NCBI GenBank assembly: GCA_963765185.1
Contig: CAVXWB010000142.1
Coordinates: 1,895-65,894 of the forward strand
From: Bryobacterales bacterium
Lineage (GTDB): Bacteria; Acidobacteriota; Terriglobia; Bryobacterales; Bryobacteraceae
Direction: 5' to 3'
DNA length: 64,000 nucleotides
How positions within the stretch are numbered: position 1 is the stretch's first letter; the number at the start of each line of letters is the position of its first letter. The translations under genes were made by a program, and so were the position numbers. Of the stretch, positions 1 through 8,565 are shown one piece after another. Below the pieces are notes generated by a model. It was not told where the DNA came from and ran no database searches. It saw nothing but the letters and a program-made list of their open reading frames with translations.

Positions 1-60
1 AAAGCCTCACCAGAAACAAGCACTTACCTTTGCACCGTCCGGCTTACGAGTAAACTCCCG

Positions 61-1704
61 CTAGGCCGACAAAGTAGCGTTGACCATGGCCTGCGCTTCT
101 TCGAGGATGCGGTGCAGATGATCCGCTCCCTGGAAGCTCTCCGCGTAGATCTTGTAAATATCCTCAGTCCCTGAAGGACGCGCCGCGAACCAACCGCTTT
201 CGGCCTGCACCTTCAGCCCGCCGATGGCGGCGCCGTTGCCTGGCGCGCTGGTGAGGATAGCCTGGATTTTCTCGCCGGCCAGATCCGTGGAATGGACCTG
301 CTGCGGCGAGAGTTTCCCGAGCGTCTCTTTTTGCCGAGGCGTAGCCGGCGCCTCGACGCGGTCGTAAACCGGCTCACCGAATTCGCGCGTGAGCTCGCGA
401 TAAATCTCGCCGGGATCGCGGCCCATTCGCGCCGTGATCTCGGCTGAAAGCAAAGCCGGGACGATTCCGTCTTTGTCGGTAGTCCACACGCTGCCATCCA
501 GACGGACAAAGGAAGCGCCCGCGCTCTCCTCTCCGCCGAAGCCAAGCGAGCCGTCGAGCAGGCCGTCCACGAACCACTTGAAGCCGACCGGTACCTCGTA
601 GAGCTTGCGGCCAAGCTTGGCGGTGACGCGATCGATCATCTGGCTGCTCACCACCGTCTTCCCCACTGCCGCTTCCTTGCGCCATTTTGGACGATGCTCA
701 AAAAGGTAGTGGATCGCCACCGAGAGGTAGTGATTGGGCGGCAGCAGCCCGGCGCTCTTGGTGACAATCCCGTGGCGGTCATGGTCCGTGTCGCAGGCGA
801 AGGCGATCTCGAAGCGATCCTTCAGGCCGATCAGGCTCTGCATCGCGTAAGGCGAGGATGGGTCCATGCGAATCTGGCCGTCCCAGTCGACAGTCATGAA
901 GCGGAAGGTCGGGTCGACGGCATCGTTGACCACCGTGAGGTTCAAGCCGTAACGCTCGGCAATCGGTTTCCAGTAGTGGACGCCGGCGCCGCCGAGCGGG
1001 TCGACACCCATGCTGAGCTTCGCGCCGCGAATGGCATCCATGTCGATCACATTGCCGAGGTCGGCAACGTAGGCGTTGAGATAGTCGTGCCGGTGAGTGG
1101 TGGAGGCGCGAAGAGCTTTCTCGTAAGGAATTCTTTTCACTCCCTGAAGGCCGCTCTCGAGAAACTCATTGGCCTTGGCTCCGATCCAGCCGGTGACGAC
1201 GGTCTCGGCCGGCCCTCCGTTGGGAGGATTGTATTTGAACCCGCCGTCGTGCGGAGGATTGTGCGAAGGGGTGATGACGATGCCGTCGGCGAGTCCTGTC
1301 TTGCGGCCGCGGTTGTAGGTGAGAATGGCGTGGGAGATGGTCGGGGTTGGGGTGTATTCATCGCCCTGGGCGAGCATGACTTCGACGCCGTTGGCCGCCA
1401 GCACTTCGAGCGCGCTGGCCAAAGCCGGCACGGAAAGGGCATGCGTGTCCATGCCGAGAAATAACGGGCCGTCGATCTTCTGTTGCTGCCGGTACATGTA
1501 AATCGCCTGACTGATGGCGAGGATGTGCCATTCGTTGAAGGCCTTGTCGAAGGCGGAGCCGCGATGCCCGGACGTGCCGAAGGAAACACGTTGCTCGGGC
1601 ACGGAAGGGTCGGGCGTTTCCGTGTAATAGGCCGTGATCAGTTTGGGGACGTTCACCAGCATCGATGCTTCGGCCGGCTTTCCTGCGAGAGGGCTCAGTT
1701 TCAT
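61..1704 (-). CDS. pgm: Phosphoglucomutase, alpha-D-glucose-phosphate specific
   Basis: 547-aa ORF. The N-terminus '[11 protein letters not shown]', the catalytic-serine loop '[10 protein letters not shown]' and the length match the E. coli Pgm type. Confidence 0.9.
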   Translation of the reverse strand: MKLSPLAGKPAEASMLVNVPKLITAYYTETPDPSVPEQRVSFGTSGHRGSAFDKAFNEWHILAISQAIYMYRQQQKIDGPLFLGMDTHALSVPALASALEVLAANGVEVMLAQGDEYTPTPTISHAILTYNRGRKTGLADGIVITPSHNPPHDGGFKYNPPNGGPAETVVTGWIGAKANEFLESGLQGVKRIPYEKALRASTTHRHDYLNAYVADLGNVIDMDAIRGAKLSMGVDPLGGAGVHYWKPIAERYGLNLTVVNDAVDPTFRFMTVDWDGQIRMDPSSPYAMQSLIGLKDRFEIAFACDTDHDRHGIVTKSAGLLPPNHYLSVAIHYLFEHRPKWRKEAAVGKTVVSSQMIDRVTAKLGRKLYEVPVGFKWFVDGLLDGSLGFGGEESAGASFVRLDGSVWTTDKDGIVPALLSAEITARMGRDPGEIYRELTREFGEPVYDRVEAPATPRQKETLGKLSPQQVHSTDLAGEKIQAILTSAPGNGAAIGGLKVQAESGWFAARPSGTEDIYKIYAESFQGADHLHRILEEAQAMVNATLSA

Positions 1705-1734
1705 ATCTCAATTTGCTCTTTCAACTAGCGTAAC

Positions 1735-2559
1735 GTGGTTGGGCGGGACGAAGGCGCCCAAACCATGTATCCGGAATATCAACTTGAACTAAAGGGAGTG
1801 AAGGCGCCATCGCCCGCGGCTTCCGCGCCCATCACGAAAAATCCTGCCGCGGCTGCTGCGCCAGGCTCGGCTCGGGCTCTGGCGAAGACTGACTTTACCG
1901 GTTATTGGGTGTCGCTGGTTACGGAAGATTGGTTATATCGCATGGTTACTCCGGCGAAAGGAGATATTACGCTGGCCGTTCCGATCAGCCCCGAAGGCAA
2001 GAAAATCGCGGACGCCTGGCATCCCGCCAAGGATGAAGCGGCCGGTAATCAATGCAAGGCCGACGGTGCGGCGGGACTCATGCGCGTGCCGGGACGCCTG
2101 CACATTACTTGGGCGGACGACAACACGCTGCGCATCGAGACCGACGCCGGCACTCAGACTCGAACGCTACGCTTCGGAGCGGCTGCCGCGCAGGCCGGAC
2201 CTCCGCAGTGGCAGGGAGCTTCAGCGGCCCAATGGGAACGGCCGGGAGAGACGACGGGCGATTGGGCCGGGCTGGGCGCGCCTGGAAGCGGCGCGCCTGC
2301 GCCGGCAACTTCCTTGCACGTGGTCACCACCAATCTGCGCCCCGGCTACCTGCGCAAGAACGGCGTTCCTTATAGCGGCGACACGACTCTCACGGAGTAT
2401 TTCGACGTTGCCAGGCACCCTGACGGCGATCAATACCTGATCGTGACCACGGTGGTCGAGGACCCGCGGTATCTGACGCAGCCGTTCACCACCAGCACGC
2501 ACTTCAAGAAGCAAGCGGACGCGACAGGGTGGAATCCTTCGGCTTGCTCGGCACGCTGA
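1735..2559 (+). CDS. Hypothetical protein
   Basis: 274-codon ORF starting at GTG 1735, with an alternative ATG at 1765. Composition looks coding. No signal peptide or known domain was recognised. The start lies only 30 nt from the divergent pgm start, so it is uncertain. Confidence 0.45.
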   Translation: MVGRDEGAQTMYPEYQLELKGVKAPSPAASAPITKNPAAAAAPGSARALAKTDFTGYWVSLVTEDWLYRMVTPAKGDITLAVPISPEGKKIADAWHPAKDEAAGNQCKADGAAGLMRVPGRLHITWADDNTLRIETDAGTQTRTLRFGAAAAQAGPPQWQGASAAQWERPGETTGDWAGLGAPGSGAPAPATSLHVVTTNLRPGYLRKNGVPYSGDTTLTEYFDVARHPDGDQYLIVTTVVEDPRYLTQPFTTSTHFKKQADATGWNPSACSAR

Positions 2560-2560
2560 T

Positions 2561-3205
2561 TTAGGCGACGTTAATGGAAAGATATACGCCGGGATGGATG
2601 GGATCGCACAGGAAGTATCCACCGTTCAGGTAGTCGACGTAAACATTGTCGGTATAGAGCCAACCCACGGGCCACGGGTTAACCGCGGAGAACCAAAAAC
2701 CGCCGTATTGAAAACGTCCTCCGCCGCCGGCGAAATCCGCACGGGTTACGTGAAAGGTGTGCCCGCTCCCGAAACTGGCGCGAAAACGATCCTGTGGAAT
2801 ACTGCCGTGACCTGAGGCGGTTTGTGCCGGCCGGACCTGTTGTGCAGGCTTCGCCTGTTGCTGGGCGCGCTGCGGCTCGGCGGCGGCCTTAGCTTGTTGC
2901 TGAGCGCGTTGTGGCTGGGCTGCCGGTTTGGCTTGTTGCTGGGCGCGCTGCGGCTGGGCTGCCGGTTTGGCTTGCTGCTGGGCCGGTTTGGCCTGTTGCT
3001 GGGCATGCTGCGGCTGCGCTGCCGGTTTGGCCTGCGGCGCCGGCTTGGCCGGTTGCTGAGCGCGCTGCGGCGCTGGTTTGGCCGGTTGTGGCGCGGGCCT
3101 GGCCTGTTGTTGCTTCTCCGGCTCCTTTTCCTGCCCATAGGCGGGAGCGAAGGCTCCGGGAAGCACGAACAGCATTGCTGTACTGAGAACTGTAATTACT
3201 TTCAT
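2561..3205 (-). CDS. Secreted Pro/Gln/Ala-rich tandem-repeat protein
   Basis: Internal ATG at 3205 gives the signal peptide 'MKVITVLSTAMLFVLPGAFAPAYG'. It is followed by repeats of 'AQQQAKPAAQPQR' and a Gly/aromatic C-terminal domain. Confidence 0.7.
   Translation of the reverse strand: MKVITVLSTAMLFVLPGAFAPAYGQEKEPEKQQQARPAPQPAKPAPQRAQQPAKPAPQAKPAAQPQHAQQQAKPAQQQAKPAAQPQRAQQQAKPAAQPQRAQQQAKAAAEPQRAQQQAKPAQQVRPAQTASGHGSIPQDRFRASFGSGHTFHVTRADFAGGGGRFQYGGFWFSAVNPWPVGWLYTDNVYVDYLNGGYFLCDPIHPGVYLSINVA
2830..3115. repeat. In-frame ~39-bp tandem repeat array inside CDS 2561-3205
   Basis: The unit 'gctgggctgccggtttggcttgttgctgggcgcgctgcg' recurs head to tail with variants and one shortened copy. 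Confidence 0.75.
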
Positions 3206-3363
3206 GAGGGTTGCCTCGATTGCAACTCGGTTTGACAGAATGCAACCGGAAGGCCGCTCCGGATGGTCCATTGAATTCCGTCGCCAGGCGCTGAGGGAGA
3301 CCGTGTGGATCGACCTCATTCGGTCAGGTGACCGCTCCTCGTCAACGGGCATACAATATCCCC

Positions 3364-4317
3364 ATGAAACAGACCGCGCTGCTCTCTTTCGTTTTGGCGC
3401 TGACGGTCAGCGCTCCCGCCAACGCGCAAACCCAGACGCCAGCCTGCGACCGCGGATGTCTGGAAGGATTCGTGAATCAATACCTGGACGCGCTGGTTGC
3501 GCACGATCCTGCGCGTCTGCCGCTTACCCGCGATGCCAAGTACACCGAAAACGGAGTGCTGCTCAAGCTCGGCGATGGCATGTGGGGACCCAAGATCGTC
3601 ATGGGCAGCTACAAACTTTATTTCGCCGATCCTAAATCCGGCCAAGTGGGGTTCTACGGCAGCATGGAGGAGCATGGGCATCCCGCGATTCTTGGGCTCA
3701 GGCTGAAGATCGAGGATCGCAAGATCAGCGAAATGGAGACCATCGCGCTGCGCTCCACCGCGCGCGGAACGTTTTCCGCGGTGGGCGATCTCAAGGTCGC
3801 GCCGATCATGACTGAGGCTTTGACGCCGGCGCAGAAACGTTCCCGCGACGAGCTCATCACAGTGGCCAACTCCTATTTCGAAGGCATGGAACGCGGCACG
3901 GACAAGGACACTCCCTTCGACAAGGATTGCAAGCGCATCGAAAACGGGGTGGTCACGGCGAACGATCCGGGCAATACCAAGGAGATCAGCAGGCTGTCCT
4001 GCGGAGCGCAGTTTGCGACAGGCTTCACAAAAGTGATTACCAAGGTGCAGGAGCGGAGGTTCCCGGTGGTGGATGAGGAACGCGGCCTGGTGTGGGCGTT
4101 CGTGCGCTTCGACCACGCTGGCAAAGATAAGACGATCACTTACAACGACGGCTCCGTGCATCCGGTGAATACTCCGTTCGACGAACCTTTCTCATTCCAG
4201 ATCTGCGAGCTCTTTAAAATCCGCGACGGCAAGATTCTGCAAATCGAGGCGCTGGTCACGCCGGTGCCTTACGGCATGCCCACAGGCTGGGGCGGCAAGG
4301 CCAGTCTCAAGAAGTAG
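3364..4317 (+). CDS. Hypothetical secreted protein
   Basis: ATG 3364 gives the signal peptide 'MKQTALLSFVLALTVSAPANA'. The ORF is long and clean. The antisense ORF 3316-4161 looks like a GC shadow. Confidence 0.6.
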   Translation: MKQTALLSFVLALTVSAPANAQTQTPACDRGCLEGFVNQYLDALVAHDPARLPLTRDAKYTENGVLLKLGDGMWGPKIVMGSYKLYFADPKSGQVGFYGSMEEHGHPAILGLRLKIEDRKISEMETIALRSTARGTFSAVGDLKVAPIMTEALTPAQKRSRDELITVANSYFEGMERGTDKDTPFDKDCKRIENGVVTANDPGNTKEISRLSCGAQFATGFTKVITKVQERRFPVVDEERGLVWAFVRFDHAGKDKTITYNDGSVHPVNTPFDEPFSFQICELFKIRDGKILQIEALVTPVPYGMPTGWGGKASLKK

Positions 4318-4408
4318 AACCACAGAAGCAGACCCACCCCCGAGCTTCGCGGAGACATCTGCGTTATGCTAGGGCGGAAGACGAGCGCTAAGCGAAGGAG
4401 GATTCCGC

Positions 4409-5743
4409 ATGCGAATGCTGATTGCTGGTTTGGCTGTGGCGACGGCCGGGCTGGGTGCGGACATCACGTTCAGCAAGGACGTGCTTCCGATCCTGCAGAA
4501 GAACTGCCAGGCTTGCCACCGTCCGGGTGAGATCGGCCCCATGCCCTTGCTCACCTACTCAGACGCGCGGCCGTGGGCGAAATCCATCAAGGCCGCCGTG
4601 CTGACCAAGAAGATGCCTCCGTGGTTTGCGGACCCGAGCTACGGCCATTTCTCGAATGACCGGAAGCTGAGCGACGCGGACATCGCCAAGCTGGTGGCCT
4701 GGGTGGACGCCGGCGCTCCGGAGGGCGATGCCAAGGAGGCGCCCGCGCAGTTGGCCTGGACCGAGGGCTGGAGCATCAAGCCCGATGTCGTGTTCGAAAT
4801 GCCCAAGCCGTACACGGTCCCGAAGGACGGAACCATTGAATACACCTACTTCGTGGTGCCTTCCGGGTTCACGCAGGATACCTGGGTCACCGATGCGGAG
4901 ATTCGTCCGGGCAATCGCGCGGTGGTGCATCATGTGAGCGTGTACGTGCGCCCGCCGGGTTCATCCTGGATGAAGGATGCCAAGCCGGGCGAGGCCTACG
5001 TTCCGCCCAAGCGCGGAGCCGGCGGCGTGTCGTTGCCCTCCACCAGAGAGGCGGATCAAAGAGCCGCGGTCCCGGGCGTTGCCGCCAACGAGTGGTTCGT
5101 CGGCTACGTGCCGGGCATTACGCCGCAGCGCTACTTCGCGCCGGAGATGGGCGCGGCCAAGCTGATCCCGGCGGGTTCCGATCTGGTGTTCGAGATGCAC
5201 TACACGGCCAACGGCAAGGCGCCTGGGGACGACCAATCGAAAGTCGGCTTCATCCTGGCGAAGCAGCCTCCCAAATATCGCCTGCTGACGCTGGGCGTGG
5301 CGGACGCGAGTTTCGCGATTCCTCCCGGCGATCCCAATTACGAGGGCCATGCTTCGGCGACGTTCAATCAGCCGGTGACGGTGATTTATTTGCAGCCGCA
5401 CATGCATATGCGCGGAAAAGACATGGAAATGCGCTTCGAATATCCCACCGGGGAATCCGAGACCATGCTCAAGGTGCCGCACTACAGCTACCTGTGGCAG
5501 ACCATTTACTACGAAAAGGAACCGCTCCACGTGCCTAAGGATACTCGTGTGCAGGTGACCGCGCATTGGGATAATTCGGCGAATAATCCGATGAATCCCG
5601 ATCCCACGGCAACGGTTCGGTGGGGCGACCAGAGTTGGGATGAGATGCTGGTTCCTTTCGTCGGCGTGCTGGTGGAGCCTGGCGCGGATCCGGCGAAGGT
5701 GATGCGGCGCGGGAGCGGGCCGGCGGTGGCCGCGGCTCCGTAG
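4409..5743 (+). CDS. Secreted protein with an N-terminal CXXCH motif and a PHM/DBH-like copper monooxygenase His/Met pattern
   Basis: The signal peptide is followed by 'CQACH'. Downstream come 'VVHHVS', 'EMHYT', 'PHMHMRG' and 'SWDEML', in the order and spacing of the CuH/CuM ligands of peptidylglycine monooxygenase-type proteins. Confidence 0.65.
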   Translation: MRMLIAGLAVATAGLGADITFSKDVLPILQKNCQACHRPGEIGPMPLLTYSDARPWAKSIKAAVLTKKMPPWFADPSYGHFSNDRKLSDADIAKLVAWVDAGAPEGDAKEAPAQLAWTEGWSIKPDVVFEMPKPYTVPKDGTIEYTYFVVPSGFTQDTWVTDAEIRPGNRAVVHHVSVYVRPPGSSWMKDAKPGEAYVPPKRGAGGVSLPSTREADQRAAVPGVAANEWFVGYVPGITPQRYFAPEMGAAKLIPAGSDLVFEMHYTANGKAPGDDQSKVGFILAKQPPKYRLLTLGVADASFAIPPGDPNYEGHASATFNQPVTVIYLQPHMHMRGKDMEMRFEYPTGESETMLKVPHYSYLWQTIYYEKEPLHVPKDTRVQVTAHWDNSANNPMNPDPTATVRWGDQSWDEMLVPFVGVLVEPGADPAKVMRRGSGPAVAAAP

Positions 5744-5899
5744 GACTGATCCCCTGCGAGGCCCCTCGTCTATCCACAAAGCGGTTTAGGTAACTGCGGG
5801 AGGTTTTACGATGGACGACTCCAGACGCCCGCCTGAGGGGCGCTTGTCCGAGACGCCGACTTTACGACCGGAAGCGATGTGACCTCGTTGCGCTTGAAG

Positions 5900-6373
5900 T
5901 CAGGCGGTTCGCTTTGGCGTCCCGGCGGCTTCGGCCGGTGGGGTGAATTCTTTTCCGGCCAAGCCCCAGGCCGCGAGCCACGGCCCGCCAACGAGGGATA
6001 CCAAGAGCGCCGCCGAGGGGATTCCGTTGAATTTGTTGAGAGGCTCGGCGAAGCGCCACGCCAAGGTGAAGTCGAGGCCGTCGCCGAGAGGCGCGGAGTA
6101 TAAGCTGCCAGTTAGCTGCCAGGAGTAAAAGTAGTAGGCAAAGGCTAGTCCGAAAAGCAGAAGTCCTCCCCAAAGCGCCCAATAGCGCGCTTTTCGGTAC
6201 GGATTGGCGCGCCGAATGCTGAGGGCAACCCACGCCGGTAACACCACCACGATGAGAACCGCAAACAGCATCAGTAGGAGGGGTCTGAATACCTCTAGGG
6301 GATTGGAGAACGAAAAGCTGTTTCCGTCCGTTAACACATTCCCATTATCGACGGTCTTGCGGATGTTCCCCAT
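5900..6373 (-). CDS. Hypothetical integral membrane protein
   Basis: 157-aa ORF with 3-4 hydrophobic segments. No family was recognised. Confidence 0.45.
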   Translation of the reverse strand: MGNIRKTVDNGNVLTDGNSFSFSNPLEVFRPLLLMLFAVLIVVVLPAWVALSIRRANPYRKARYWALWGGLLLFGLAFAYYFYSWQLTGSLYSAPLGDGLDFTLAWRFAEPLNKFNGIPSAALLVSLVGGPWLAAWGLAGKEFTPPAEAAGTPKRTA

Positions 6374-6614
6374 GGCGCACGGCCCGCAATTCGTCCAGGC
6401 GAATCCCGGAGATAAGCATAGCCCGACTCATTGCCCGCGTTGGGCGGTCGCGACGGGTTAGACTTCGTTCAAGTCGCCGTCACGTCAATTTACCGCATCA
6501 CGCCCAAACCTGATTGTGGCCCCGCGTCGAGATGAGGCGCCGGGTGTGTGATCCAGCGAGAGGGTGCGGAGAAGCAACACACCGGCGGCAGACCGCCGCG
6601 GATCACTCCTGCGA

Positions 6615-6905
6615 TTACAGCGCGAGTTGCGGCTGGTAGCGCCTGACTTTTATATCGTCCTGATGACGCCGGGCCTGCGCCAGATCGTAGGCCGCTTGGA
6701 CTCGCAGCCAGTGGTCCGCGTTCGACCATCCAGCTTTTTCCAGACGTATGGCCATCTCGGGCGATATTCCGGCTTGGCCGTTGATGACGCGTGACAGGGT
6801 GTGGCGGGCTACACCCAGGACTTTGGCCCCTTCGGTCACGCGCAGACCCGAAGGATCAAGACAGGCGTCCTTGATGGAGCGGCTGGGATGCGGCGGGTTT
6901 TTCAT
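6615..6905 (-). CDS. higA: HigA-family HTH antitoxin-like protein, with no adjacent HigB
   Basis: 96 aa. The segment '[56 protein letters not shown]' is typical of the HigA/VapI Xre-type HTH. Confidence 0.8.
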   Translation of the reverse strand: MKNPPHPSRSIKDACLDPSGLRVTEGAKVLGVARHTLSRVINGQAGISPEMAIRLEKAGWSNADHWLRVQAAYDLAQARRHQDDIKVRRYQPQLAL

Positions 6906-6947
6906 GGGTGTGCTCAGTCCTTCACTTTGCAGCTTAAGATTTATATA

Positions 6948-7721
6948 TTGAAGATCGCAACTTTCAACATTAACAACATCAACAAAAGGTTGGACAACCT
7001 GGTGGCCTGGCTTTGCGAGACGGAGCCGGATGTCGTTTGCCTCCAGGAGCTAAAAGCCGAGCAGCGGGCATTCCCTGAGCGTGCGCTTCTGGGCCTGGGG
7101 TATCGCTCCGTCTGGCAGGGCGAGCGTTCCTGGAACGGCGTGGCCATCCTCGCGCGAGACCACGAGCCGATACTGACTCGAGCGAGCCTGCCTGGTAATC
7201 CCGAGGATAGCCAAGCGCGGTACGTTGAGGCGGCCGTGAATGGAGTCTTGATTGCTTCGATCTACCTGCCGAACGGCAATCCTCAGCCAGGTCCGAAATT
7301 CAACTACAAGCTGGCGTGGTTCGAACGCCTCATCACACACGCGGCCGAGCTCATCGCCGCGGGTCTGCCGGTCGTGCTGGCGGGCGATTACAATGTCGTC
7401 CCAACCGCGCAAGACATCTATCCCACGCGATCTCTGGATAACAACGCGTTGATCCAACCGGAGAGCCGGCAGGCCTTCGCACGATTGCTCGATCAAGGCT
7501 GGACCGACGCCCTGCGGACGCTGCACCCGGAAGGCCCGCTTTGGACGTTCTGGGATTATGAGCGCGACCGGTGGCGCGCCGACAAGGGCATGCGGCTGGA
7601 TCACTTTCTACTCTCGCCGATATTGCGCGAGCGGCTCGTGGTTGGCGGTATAGACAAATGGGTGCGTGGCGTGGACAACGCAAGCGACCACGCTCCGGCC
7701 TGGATCGTGCTGGATCGTTGA
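6948..7721 (+). CDS. xth: Exodeoxyribonuclease III
   Basis: The in-frame TTG at 6948 gives '[15 protein letters not shown]', the canonical ExoIII N-terminus, and about 257 aa. The C-terminal '[10 protein letters not shown]' fits the family. Confidence 0.85.
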   Translation: MKIATFNINNINKRLDNLVAWLCETEPDVVCLQELKAEQRAFPERALLGLGYRSVWQGERSWNGVAILARDHEPILTRASLPGNPEDSQARYVEAAVNGVLIASIYLPNGNPQPGPKFNYKLAWFERLITHAAELIAAGLPVVLAGDYNVVPTAQDIYPTRSLDNNALIQPESRQAFARLLDQGWTDALRTLHPEGPLWTFWDYERDRWRADKGMRLDHFLLSPILRERLVVGGIDKWVRGVDNASDHAPAWIVLDR

Positions 7722-7805
7722 CATTGTCCCACGGAACAAATTTGGCGGAGAATCCGTTATTTGCCGTAGAGATTATCTTTGAAAAATGACGATCGAGGAT
7801 TTGTG

Positions 7806-8561
7806 ATGAGAAATCTCAAGATGATTCTTCTTTTGTGTCTGCTCTGTTCAGTTACGGCCGTGATGGCGCAGCAATATCCGTTGTGGGAGAGGCTGCTTCA
7901 CTATTACGGGGGCAAAACCGATGTCACGCCGGTGCCCTCGATGAAGATGGGCGATCACATGCAGATGTCGTTCAAGGGCAGGCCGCAACCGGGAGACGAG
8001 GAGCGCGCGATGCGGATCGTCGCTGCCGCTCATGGCGTAATTGCACATTACTCGGATGTGAATAGCGCGCTTCGAGACGGGTATAAGCCATTTCATCCCA
8101 CCGGCAAGCTGGGCGAAGAGGTTCACTACACCAACTATCGCTACAACCGGCTGGAGCAGCCCCACGTGAACTACGATCGTCCGGGATCGATCCTGTACAA
8201 ACGCACGCCGGAGGGCATGAAGGCTGTGGGCGTCATGTACACCGCCCCGCAAGATTCGACGCCGGAACATCTGAATGAAGTTGCGCCCATAAGCATCGCG
8301 ACCTGGCACCGTCACGTGGACTTCTGCGGAGGACCGCGAAGCTTGCCTCTCGAAGAGCAAGTGGGGCCGCGTGCGCAGTTTGGCCCGCAAGGGAGTATCC
8401 ACACCGAAGAGGCCTGCAAAGAGGCGCACGGACTTTGGATTCCGGTGGTTTTCGGATGGATGACTCATGTCTACCCCGACGCAAAGTCCCCCAACGACGT
8501 ATGGGCCGGAATGGACATGCGTATGGAAGCCAACACCGACGACGAAGAAATCAAGAAGTAG
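7806..8561 (+). CDS. Hypothetical secreted protein
   Basis: ATG 7806 gives the signal peptide 'MRNLKMILLLCLLCSVTAVMA'. No domain was recognised. Confidence 0.55.
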   Translation: MRNLKMILLLCLLCSVTAVMAQQYPLWERLLHYYGGKTDVTPVPSMKMGDHMQMSFKGRPQPGDEERAMRIVAAAHGVIAHYSDVNSALRDGYKPFHPTGKLGEEVHYTNYRYNRLEQPHVNYDRPGSILYKRTPEGMKAVGVMYTAPQDSTPEHLNEVAPISIATWHRHVDFCGGPRSLPLEEQVGPRAQFGPQGSIHTEEACKEAHGLWIPVVFGWMTHVYPDAKSPNDVWAGMDMRMEANTDDEEIKK

Positions 8562-8565
8562 GCGT

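Noticed and set aside
1705-1765. Possible 5' truncation of the 1735-2559 gene, given only 30 nt to the divergent pgm start and no signal peptide.
   Set aside because: No upstream homologous frame is visible and I do not know the family's normal N-terminus. The evidence is insufficient to call it a pseudogene.
2830-3115. Regular short repeats that could be mistaken for a CRISPR array.
   Set aside because: The units are contiguous with no spacers, are in frame, and lie inside a coding sequence that encodes a peptide repeat.
6374-6614. Search for a HigB/RelE remnant next to higA.
   Set aside because: Neither strand gives a recognisable RelE-fold sequence. The only ORF (6490-6729, minus) overlaps higA out of frame and is low-complexity.
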